Assembly (NCBI GenBank): GCA_964443295.1
Contig: CAYUCH010000002.1
Span: 13,374-77,373, forward strand
Reading direction: 5' to 3'
DNA from: an uncultured Desulfobulbia bacterium
Lineage (GTDB): Bacteria; Desulfobacterota; Desulfobulbia; Desulfobulbales; CG2-30-60-27
Length of the DNA stretch: 64,000 bases
Below, in pieces: positions 27,841 to 35,523 of the stretch. Every line of letters begins with the position of its first letter. Positions within the stretch are counted from its first letter, which is position 1. The translations under genes and the position numbers were made by a program. The notes under the pieces were generated by a model. It saw nothing but the letters and a program-made list of their open reading frames with translations. It did no database searches and was not told the DNA's origin.

Positions 27841-28283
27841 ACAACCCCCTTTCTCCATCCCCCACGGAGATATACCGAATTAAATGAAAAGTACAAATCT
27901 CTATCCATTCATTTTGATCACATTTATATTAAGAACACATTACATTTACGAATCAAACACAGGGGTCTTTTGTCATTTTTAGTGTTATTTCAGCAAATTA
28001 CGGTTGAAATAAAACTATCCGATTTCCTTCCAAACCGTTAATTCCGTGTAAATTTCATCAAAATATCTAAACAATTTACAGAGTTACATCTTTCATTATA
28101 ATTCTTTTCTAAGTATCGGTCAATTGTTCATTTCTATAATCTGTCGTGGTTTCAAACAGATAACCGTGTGTCTTTTTATTTCTGCAATGCTATACTACAA
28201 TACCAATCGGTATCTTGAACAAAAAACTGAAGGAAAGAACCTTAACTCGTTCTTCCTGCAGCCTTCAAACAGTGGAAGTATTG

Positions 28284-28457
28284 ATGGGCTTGAAACTTCT
28301 TATAATACTCGGGACTCTCTTTATCGGCATTGGCTATTATCTTCTCATGCCTCCCCCGGATGCACAATATGGTGAAGTATTGCAAAGAGTCGTGTGGGGG
28401 TTGGGATTTGTTTTTGCTGGTGGAGCCACCTTGACCCTGTGGTTGTATAAGAGATAG
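28284..28457 (+). CDS. Small two-TM membrane protein (57 aa), function unknown
   Basis: Reads MGLKLLIILGTLFIGIGYYLLMPPP...VVWGLGFVFAGGATLTLWLYKR, giving two clear hydrophobic helices. The track ORF 28215..28457 has an implausible N-terminal extension. There is no strong Shine-Dalgarno sequence. Confidence 0.4.
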   Translation: MGLKLLIILGTLFIGIGYYLLMPPPDAQYGEVLQRVVWGLGFVFAGGATLTLWLYKR

Positions 28458-28529
28458 AAAGGTGAAAGTTCAAAACAAAAAGTGTAAAGTGTTGAGATGG
28501 GTTATGACTTTACTTTCAAGAGGTCCTTC

Positions 28530-29648
28530 ATGTTCAAGCACCAAAAAAAATCACTCTACCTAATGAATAAAAACGCTGGCTTTTCTTTAGTTGAAATAGC
28601 TGTCGTTCTGGTGATTGTCGGCCTTGTCCTCACTGCTGGTACGGCTTTTTGGAGAACAAGCCTAAAGGCCAACAAATGGAACAGTGCTAAAAAAGATTTG
28701 ACAACAATCATTCAAGCACTAAAAACTTTCGCCGCCACACAAGGTAGTCTTCCTTGTCCTGACTCAGTTAACGCAGATGGTGTTGCAGATGCATGTGCCA
28801 GCTGCACTCCCCCATGTGGACTTCCTTTTACCACTTTGGCTCTGCCTTTTACCGGCTCAACATTACCAGGTTTCGATCAATGGAACCATGCCCAGCTCCA
28901 GTATGAACCACAAATTCTTTTAACAACCACCAACCAACTTACCTTTTGCGGTACTTTGTATGGAATAATGGTCAATCAAGCTACCGGCCCTGCAACCATT
29001 CTGCCATGCGTTACAGATGTGACAGATGCTGGCGATAATGGACAAATAAATGCCGCAGGATTAGGCTATACTGTTGCAGCAGTGGTAATTAATGACGGAG
29101 ACATACTCGGCTTGTCAGGAAAAAACAGTAACGCAGATGGCGAGTACGAGATGGCGCGCAATCCATATCAGGGAGCAGCTTATAATGACCTGGTTGGAGA
29201 ACTCACCTTAAACGATTTATACGCAACAACATGTAATGCAAACAATACACAGATCCTGTTACAGGGTGTAGTTGCAAATGGAGCTACTGATGGTCCGGTG
29301 GGACTTGATGATGGTATTGCCGCTTACATAGGAATGACAGGTGTGGGAGGACCTTGTGTGCCAGTACCCGAAGGAGGAACGCTACCCATTTTCATTGGTC
29401 AGACTATCAATGTTTTCTTTGACAACAACCCTGATTGCACCATATCCGGAGACAATGAAATTATTGGCCTGTCTTTTTTTGATGGCACTGTGGATGTGCA
29501 CCCATTCTGTCCGACCTGTGATAGCAGTGGTGGAGTTTTTGATTTGATTGACTGTGATCTCTGTGCTGCAACCCCAAATGGAATTATAGAAATTGATGCA
29601 AATCCAGATCCTGTCGCGGGAGCATTGCCAGTTCTTAACAATATTTGA
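28530..29648 (+). CDS. Large atypical type IV pilin-like protein (372 aa) with a cysteine-rich C-terminal domain
   Basis: AAGAGG (28518-28523) lies 6 nt before the ATG at 28530. The protein reads MFKHQKKSLYLMNKNAG|FSLVEIAVVLVIVGLVLTAG. By my count the globular part has 13 Cys, including the CASC, CPTC and CDLC pairs. Confidence 0.8.
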   Translation: MFKHQKKSLYLMNKNAGFSLVEIAVVLVIVGLVLTAGTAFWRTSLKANKWNSAKKDLTTIIQALKTFAATQGSLPCPDSVNADGVADACASCTPPCGLPFTTLALPFTGSTLPGFDQWNHAQLQYEPQILLTTTNQLTFCGTLYGIMVNQATGPATILPCVTDVTDAGDNGQINAAGLGYTVAAVVINDGDILGLSGKNSNADGEYEMARNPYQGAAYNDLVGELTLNDLYATTCNANNTQILLQGVVANGATDGPVGLDDGIAAYIGMTGVGGPCVPVPEGGTLPIFIGQTINVFFDNNPDCTISGDNEIIGLSFFDGTVDVHPFCPTCDSSGGVFDLIDCDLCAATPNGIIEIDANPDPVAGALPVLNNI

Positions 29649-29894
29649 ATGAATACGAAGGGATCCTTTTCCTTTCTCTCCTTCTAAAATCAAACAGCCA
29701 AATCTCAAAAGGGGACGGATTTATTTTTTTCATGTACTCAAGAGCCTCTTGCTGTTTCCGTATTTATGAACACAATTTTCCGCTTTCTTGGAAACTGATG
29801 AAATCTTGAGAATTTCGAGTGTGACACCAAGATGCTATCTTCTTGAAATCAAACAAATAACTTGAAAAATTAATTCCCGGCCCAGTTCTTGCAA

Positions 29895-29917
29895 GTTTTC
29901 ATAATTATTATGAAAAC
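29895..29917. promoter_or_regulatory. Perfect 23-bp palindrome (11-1-11), a candidate operator upstream of the DRR-repeat ORF
   Basis: Reads GTTTTCATAAT T ATTATGAAAAC. It lies about 83 bp upstream of the ATG at 30000. Confidence 0.45.
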
Positions 29918-29999
29918 AAATTGCGCTTTATTAAAGATAAGCTAGGATATTAACAGGCAATTTTCTCTTCCTCACCTTTGTTTTTTTACCGGAGGCAAC

Positions 30000-30239
30000 A
30001 TGAATCGTTGCGGATATGATAGACGCTGTGACAATGACCGACGACAAACGTATGATGTAAATTATTTCGAAAACGGCGGATGCGAACGTCGCAAACGCCA
30101 AGATCGTCGGATGACTGGAGAAACGCGCGATGGCTGGCAACGGATAAATGAGTTCAGCAGTATTGCTGTTGGCAATTGCCCATCCGAACAAAAACCAATA
30201 AAGAATACCGAGGGCATACCAACCTGGGTAATTAGCTGA
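30000..30239 (+). CDS. Small Arg/Asp-repeat protein (79 aa), unknown function, a free-standing transcription unit
   Basis: A GGAGG Shine-Dalgarno sequence (29991-29995) precedes the ATG. The protein reads MNRCGYDRRCDNDRRQTYDVNYFENGGCERRKRQDRRMTGETRDGW..., with four (D/E)RR units. An intrinsic terminator follows it. Confidence 0.65.
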   Translation: MNRCGYDRRCDNDRRQTYDVNYFENGGCERRKRQDRRMTGETRDGWQRINEFSSIAVGNCPSEQKPIKNTEGIPTWVIS

Positions 30240-30283
30240 ATTGTTCTTTGTTCATAGTAAATACTGAACTTTTACTATTGTAA

Positions 30284-30316
30284 GCGCTTCCAGAGTAGAA
30301 TTGGAGGCGCTTTTTT
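30284..30316 (+). terminator. Rho-independent terminator after the DRR-repeat ORF
   Basis: The stem is GCGCTTCCA / TGGAGGCGC (9 bp, one G-U pair) with a 9-nt loop, followed by TTTTTT. Confidence 0.8.
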
Positions 30317-30381
30317 GCACGTCAGCCCAAACTCCCCACACCTTCCCCTTTTAAGTTACCCTGACATCCTCCCCTATCACC

Positions 30382-30415
30382 TTGACATTATGGAAAAAAC
30401 AGTACATATTGTACT
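30382..30415 (+). promoter_or_regulatory. Candidate sigma70 promoter of the cluster 2 assembly operon, with a palindrome overlapping the -10
   Basis: TTGACA (30382-30387), a 17-nt spacer, then CATATT (30405-30410). The palindrome AGTACA-TAT-TGTACT spans 30401-30415. Confidence 0.4.
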
Positions 30416-30530
30416 AAAATTCTTACACATTTTCCCATAGGCATTGCCATGCAAAACACATGCAGACCGGTAATAGCTGTTTCATTATTCCTCCCATACA
30501 TAAAGTTATGGATTCTATTTTCTGGAGCCC

Positions 30531-32513
30531 ATGGTTAAGCGCGACGACACATCAGCCACAGAAAAACTTCTGGAAATGATTCGGGAGGAGCAGAAAGGCG
30601 TGGACTCGTCCAATCCCCCTGAATCAGACCCTGTGGAAGTAGCGAATCTGCCATTAACCATGGAAAAGGACATCACTCCTGAACAAAAAGAAGAAAAAAA
30701 AGACACCATTCAGGGTTCACCCGAAACTATCCTAAGACAAACAACACCATCAGACAAAAAGCCTGAACAGCCCCGAACTCTATCATCAGTGTCACCCCCA
30801 TTGGCATTTCTACCAACAGGGGAGAAAGATGGTATTGGAATAGATATCCGTCCCGATGGCATCGCCTTGGTCAGAGTGGTTGCCACCAAGTCTCGCTTTG
30901 TGCCTCAAAGCAGTCAATTTATTTCTTTTGACTTGGAGAAGCCGTTACTTGAAACCGGCATGGTTACTACCCTGATTGAATCTGACTGGTTTGCCTCTTT
31001 TCTGAAAAAAAGCTTATCTGACTTCTGCGGCACAGCAAAAAAGACGAAAATCTGGTGTGCTCTGCCCCGTGAAGCTGTTGAAAGCCATAATGTCATAATC
31101 CCAAAAGTACCGGACAAGGAACTAGTCAACACCGTATTTTGGTCTGCGAAGAAAGAAGTCTCCTTCGACCGTAATGCAATTATTCTGGATTTTGAGCCGG
31201 TGAAAGAAATCAGCTCTGATGCAGGCTCAAAACTCCTCTGTCTTATTTTTCTTGCTACCAAGCGAGAAGTCGAGGGTCTCCAAAAACTATTCAATAAAAT
31301 CGGCTTCCCATTAGCAGGCCTCGCATCACCCGCCACAGCTTTTGGCAATGAAATCCACCAGGGGAACATACAGGTAAAGGATGAAAGCTTTGCGCATCTC
31401 TCTCTTGGTGAAGAGAAGTCCTTTATTGAACTCTATTTCCGAAACCAGCTCATTTTCTCCCGGGATATAAAAACAGGCGTTGGCAGCCTTGTCGATTCAA
31501 TAATTGGAGCTGCCGAAACCCAAGAAATTGTCATTGAAGAACAGACCATTCGCCAATGGTTACTCGGCACCCCAAAGGAGCAGGATACTGCAGGCAGAAA
31601 TGACTTTTTCAGTACTGAAAAAGATGTGTTTTCCACAGAATTACCAGCCGCCCTGAGACTGGCAAGGCAGACGGAAAGGACATTTGATTACTGCAAAAAC
31701 AATTTCAGCCTGCCTCGTTCCACAATGGTATACCTCTCTGGTCTCAAAGAGAACGGCGCGGGTCTGGCCGATTACATGACAAGTGAAACAGGGATTGAAT
31801 GCTCCCTCTATCTCCCTGAAACAGCACCGTCTTTCGGTAGTTCCCATTTGTTAACCGCCTATGGCATGGCACTCTCCAACGAAAAAACGTCCCAAAATTT
31901 TCTTCATACCTATGAAGAAAAAGAGCGGCAAAAAAATATTTTCCATACCAATAAAATCATCGCCGCGGCCTGTATTGTCCTACTCCTCTGTTGCTCTGCA
32001 TTCTATTTCACCCAGAGCCATCAGATTGCTGCAAAAAAAGAGACCCTTGCCACCCTTGATAAAGAAATCAAAAACTATTCACGGAATATGTCCGTCACCT
32101 CCAGTCCAGAGCAGTTGCACGCAAAGTTGAAGCAACTGAAAACAACATCTGCTAATACTCTTCTTTTAGCAGAACGGTATTTTCCGATGGCTTTAATCCA
32201 GGAACTCACTGGCAATCTACCGACAGAGTTAAAACTCATCCAGCTTGACCTGCTCCCGGGAAAAGATGATTTAGAGAGTAAGAAGAAAGGCATCTCCTCG
32301 GTCATACTGTCGGGGATAGTCACGGGACAAGAAGAACAAAGAGAATTCCTCTTGACTAAATATCTTCGTAAATTATCTGACAGCTCTTTTTTTAGTACCT
32401 CCAAGGTCACCAAGAGAGGGAAATTCAGCTATAGAGAAGATAATGTTCTCGGCTTCACTATCTCTGCCGAAATCGAACCAAGTGCTATTAATCTGCTTAA
32501 AAGAGAGCAATAA
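30531..32513 (+). CDS. MshI-like PilM/PilN(/PilO) fusion protein (cluster 2)
   Basis: 660 aa with a charged N-terminal tail, a PilM-like cytoplasmic domain, one TM helix (IIAAACIVLLLCCSAFYF) and a periplasmic domain. It is the first gene of the assembly operon. Confidence 0.65.
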   Translation: MVKRDDTSATEKLLEMIREEQKGVDSSNPPESDPVEVANLPLTMEKDITPEQKEEKKDTIQGSPETILRQTTPSDKKPEQPRTLSSVSPPLAFLPTGEKDGIGIDIRPDGIALVRVVATKSRFVPQSSQFISFDLEKPLLETGMVTTLIESDWFASFLKKSLSDFCGTAKKTKIWCALPREAVESHNVIIPKVPDKELVNTVFWSAKKEVSFDRNAIILDFEPVKEISSDAGSKLLCLIFLATKREVEGLQKLFNKIGFPLAGLASPATAFGNEIHQGNIQVKDESFAHLSLGEEKSFIELYFRNQLIFSRDIKTGVGSLVDSIIGAAETQEIVIEEQTIRQWLLGTPKEQDTAGRNDFFSTEKDVFSTELPAALRLARQTERTFDYCKNNFSLPRSTMVYLSGLKENGAGLADYMTSETGIECSLYLPETAPSFGSSHLLTAYGMALSNEKTSQNFLHTYEEKERQKNIFHTNKIIAAACIVLLLCCSAFYFTQSHQIAAKKETLATLDKEIKNYSRNMSVTSSPEQLHAKLKQLKTTSANTLLLAERYFPMALIQELTGNLPTELKLIQLDLLPGKDDLESKKKGISSVILSGIVTGQEEQREFLLTKYLRKLSDSSFFSTSKVTKRGKFSYREDNVLGFTISAEIEPSAINLLKREQ

Positions 32514-32517
32514 TTTC

Positions 32518-33057
32518 ATGAACCGCGGATCATCATTGCCCATAGAGAAACAAAACCTAATGGTGTTGGGTATCTGTCTTCTACCGGTGGTGCTTTTCCT
32601 GCTCATATCCCTCATTCCAGCCATTACAGAAAACCTGGCGTTGAATAAAAAGATTCCGCAGGAAAAGACCCATCTCAAAGAGATCAAAAAAAATACGGAA
32701 ACAGGCAGACAAATAAATCAATTTCTGGCAGGGCTGCAAGACCACCCATTAACCGGCAGGCAAAATATCCAGCCCTTACACTCGGACCAGCCGGAAAAGG
32801 TATTGACCGATCTCAAGCACAGTGCCAAATCGGCAGGAACTGCTGTTGTAAACATTCGACCACTTTTTGAAGAAACGGAAAAAAAATCAGGCGAACTTCA
32901 TGTTTCAGCGATATTTGTCGGTGATTTTCGAAATCTCTATACAATGATGATGAACATTTTGCAGCTTGAATACATGAACAGGATTATTGCGATGAAATTT
33001 GATTCGGAAAATAAAGATATACGACTGGAATTAACCATTGCGGTGAATATCATCTGA
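32518..33057 (+). CDS. MshJ/PilO-like bitopic assembly protein (cluster 2)
   Basis: The ATG at 32518 lies just after the upstream TAA (32511-32513). The protein has a TM helix (LMVLGICLLPVVLFLLISLIPAI) and a periplasmic domain. Confidence 0.55.
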   Translation: MNRGSSLPIEKQNLMVLGICLLPVVLFLLISLIPAITENLALNKKIPQEKTHLKEIKKNTETGRQINQFLAGLQDHPLTGRQNIQPLHSDQPEKVLTDLKHSAKSAGTAVVNIRPLFEETEKKSGELHVSAIFVGDFRNLYTMMMNILQLEYMNRIIAMKFDSENKDIRLELTIAVNII

Positions 33058-33083
33058 TTTCCAATCCGGCCCATATTTGAATA

Positions 33084-33704
33084 ATGGTGCGACAAATAAG
33101 CTTCAATAGTCATGGATGGATGGTTTTAATGAATAAAACGAGTACCCAGAAAAGAGAAAAAATTCTCATCATTCTTGCATCACTCGCTGTTCTTTATCTG
33201 GTGATCGACTTTCTTGTTCTTCCATCCCGTAACGACCAACAACTCAACACATCACAACCAGCGATACCATCTGCTGGGCCTGCTGATGTTTCCGGCCAAC
33301 TGATGGCACTTACCACCTCCCGGAAGACTTCTGATGCAACTGAAATCCTTGCACTTGCCGGTACTCCGTGGCCTTCCGCCGTTTTTGTACACCGAACATC
33401 CCTGGCTGAGCCAAAAGCCGGCAATAAAATCAAAGTGCTAGATCCTGATACCTTTGAGTACTCAGGATATATGGATATGGGAGCCAGTCGCCTGGCAATC
33501 ATAAATGGCCGGGATTACCAGCAGAATGATACGATTGAAGGCTATACTCTACTGGAGATATCACCACTCCATATTATTCTCGGTAAAGATGGCAGCACTT
33601 TCAGGGTACTTTTCAAAGCACCGAAAGACATTCCTGAAATAGACCCTTCGCCATCACGGCCAGCACCACTTTCACGGTCCCGCAGGATGTTAGATGAGAG
33701 TTAA
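33084..33704 (+). CDS. MshK/PilP-like assembly protein (cluster 2); the start may be the Met at 33129
   Basis: A TM helix (ILIILASLAVLYLVIDFLV) is followed by a C-terminal beta domain (RLAIINGRDYQQNDTIEGYTLLEISPLHIILGKDG), paralogous in pattern to 21543..21998. Confidence 0.55.
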   Translation: MVRQISFNSHGWMVLMNKTSTQKREKILIILASLAVLYLVIDFLVLPSRNDQQLNTSQPAIPSAGPADVSGQLMALTTSRKTSDATEILALAGTPWPSAVFVHRTSLAEPKAGNKIKVLDPDTFEYSGYMDMGASRLAIINGRDYQQNDTIEGYTLLEISPLHIILGKDGSTFRVLFKAPKDIPEIDPSPSRPAPLSRSRRMLDES

Positions 33705-33854
33705 TATTTCAATTAACACGGCAAAAAAAATATTAGGCTCCGTTCTGGAAGGTACCTTGAAAAATCAGTATTCGGGCCAGATAAGAACGCGGAGCACGAC
33801 TCCGACGGGCAATTTTTCCAGGTTGCCTAAATATTTAGAGGGAGAACTGATCCC

Positions 33855-35492
33855 ATGCAGACAAAACCCATGCGCCCCCTGCATTTAATCGTCATACTTT
33901 TTTGCCTGGCGATATCCTGGGGGTGTTCCAGCAAAGAGAAAACAAGCCAACCGGACCCATTTTTCGAAAAATGGCGGGAAAAAGCCGAGACATCTCTCCC
34001 CACCGGTCCACGTGTCGGCACCTCAAAAAGCTCTCTGCTCGATACAGAATCTCCAAGAACCGTCGATACCGCAACATCTACTACTCCCAACTCCTCTCTA
34101 CCGGGCGCAATTGACAAAAACGCCTTACCCGATACAAAAATCACAGTGACCTATGCTGATACCGATACCGCCACTGTTCTCCGCTCTCTCGGACGTATGG
34201 CGGGACAGAATATCATGATCAGCCCCAATATCACAGGTACCATCAACACCCATATCGTTGATACACCATGGAACGATGTCTTTCTCAGTATCATTGATAA
34301 TTATGGCCTTATTGTATCCCTGGAGAATAATGTGCTGCGGGTCATGTCTCTTGATGACTTAAAGGCACAGGTTGAAAAAAAGACTCTGTTGATGGAGCAA
34401 AAGCAGGTTTCACCACTGGTAACGCAAATTGTCCCCATTGAATTTTCCGACCCTCAAACCATTGTGGAATCAGTCAAAGAACTTCTGACCAAGGACAGCA
34501 AAGGCAATCCTCGCGGTTCAGTTTCCGTTGACACCCATTCCCGCTCTCTGATTATCAGGGATGTGGAAGAAAACCTCAGTGTTGTCATTGACCACCTGCA
34601 ACAGCTGGACCAACCTACTCCACAAATTCTCATTGAAGCCCATATTGTTGAAGCATCAAAAGACACAGCCAGAGAACTGGGTGCCCAATGGGGCTGGCTG
34701 ATGAATGACCAGATGTCCAGTGACCGATGGGGTTCCATTCATCCCCCTGGTGTGAATGGCCAGGAAAATGCAGACGGTAACATCGACTACGACAGCGGCG
34801 TGGATGGAACCAACCGCAGCAGTATTTACCGACAGGCTTTCGGTATTGATCTACCCGCCAGTGCCATTGGCTCTGTAAATCCGGCGGCCATTGGTTTTCT
34901 GCATATGACCACCAAAGGAAATATGCTCGATGTGCAGCTCTCCGCCCTGCAGAAAAAAGGAAAAGTGAATATTCTCTCAAGACCGTCAATTGCCACTCTT
35001 GACAATATTGAAGCCAATATTGAATCAGGCACTGATGTACCCTTCCAGACCGTGGATGAAAACGGCAACATCAAAGTCGAGTACAAATCCGCTGTTCTGC
35101 GACTCAAAGTAACTCCCCATGTTATTTCAAGTAGAATGATCAAGCTTGATATAGAGGCAAAGAAAGACGAGGTAGACCTTACCCGGACAGTACTTGGCAA
35201 TCCGTTCATCATCAAAAAGCTTGCCACAACAAAACTCATTGTTGAAAACGGTTCCACCGTTGTCATCGCCGGATTGTCAAAAGACCGGAACACCGATGGG
35301 AATATTGGCGTCCCCTGGTTAAAGGATCTACCGTATCTCGGATATCTCTTCCGCACCGACTCCCGGTCCAATGAATTTGAAGAATTGCTCATTTTCATAA
35401 CCCCTAAAATTCTCACTGGAAGTGACAATGTTGCTTCTCTGGAAACACCTGCCGACGAAGCGGAAAACAAGCTGCCAGAAGAAGGCAAATAG
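33855..35492 (+). CDS. Lipoprotein secretin (MshL/PilQ-like), pilus cluster 2
   Basis: Has a lipobox (LAISWGC), an N0 block (ITVTYADTDTATVLRSLGRMAGQNIMISPNITGTINTHIVDTPWNDVFLSII) and a secretin domain ending in VPWLKDLPYLGYLFR. Confidence 0.9.
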   Translation: MQTKPMRPLHLIVILFCLAISWGCSSKEKTSQPDPFFEKWREKAETSLPTGPRVGTSKSSLLDTESPRTVDTATSTTPNSSLPGAIDKNALPDTKITVTYADTDTATVLRSLGRMAGQNIMISPNITGTINTHIVDTPWNDVFLSIIDNYGLIVSLENNVLRVMSLDDLKAQVEKKTLLMEQKQVSPLVTQIVPIEFSDPQTIVESVKELLTKDSKGNPRGSVSVDTHSRSLIIRDVEENLSVVIDHLQQLDQPTPQILIEAHIVEASKDTARELGAQWGWLMNDQMSSDRWGSIHPPGVNGQENADGNIDYDSGVDGTNRSSIYRQAFGIDLPASAIGSVNPAAIGFLHMTTKGNMLDVQLSALQKKGKVNILSRPSIATLDNIEANIESGTDVPFQTVDENGNIKVEYKSAVLRLKVTPHVISSRMIKLDIEAKKDEVDLTRTVLGNPFIIKKLATTKLIVENGSTVVIAGLSKDRNTDGNIGVPWLKDLPYLGYLFRTDSRSNEFEELLIFITPKILTGSDNVASLETPADEAENKLPEEGK

Positions 35493-35523
35493 ATGCTCTG
35501 TACTTATTGAATAGGAATTTTTT

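Noticed and set aside
27859-28283. I searched for sigma54 (-24 GG / -12 GC) promoters upstream of the pilin genes, here and at 38470-38647.
   Set aside because: I found no TGGCAC-N5-TTGC-like element with correct GG-N10-GC spacing on the relevant strands. The nearest candidates (TGGCATTCGTTACTC at ~38526; GGCAAATCGTGC at ~38606) have a wrong -12 element or wrong spacing.
28124-28375. An 83-aa plus-strand ORF in the divergent intergenic region, and the 5' extension of ORF 28215..28457.
   Set aside because: The region is AT-rich promoter sequence, there is no Shine-Dalgarno sequence, and the translation is implausible. Only the distal two-TM segment (from 28284) looks protein-like.
28530-29648. 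I considered whether the Cys-rich giant pilin is a pilin-cytochrome fusion, which would be relevant to conductive filaments.
   Set aside because: None of the three CxxC pairs (CASC-T, CPTC-D, CDLC-A) is followed by His, so there is no CxxCH haem attachment site.
29931-30191. An 86-aa minus-strand ORF runs antisense to the DRR-repeat ORF.
   Set aside because: It has no ribosome-binding site and a hydrophobic, low-information sequence. The plus-strand ORF has GGAGG plus a downstream terminator in the matching orientation, so I kept that one, but with only moderate confidence.
33694-33888. A 64-aa ORF bridges the MshK-like gene and the secretin gene in cluster 2.
   Set aside because: It overlaps both neighbours out of frame, and its sequence has no recognisable features. 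The gap more likely holds the GAGGGAG Shine-Dalgarno sequence of the secretin and a short 6-bp inverted repeat (GTTAAT...ATTAAC).
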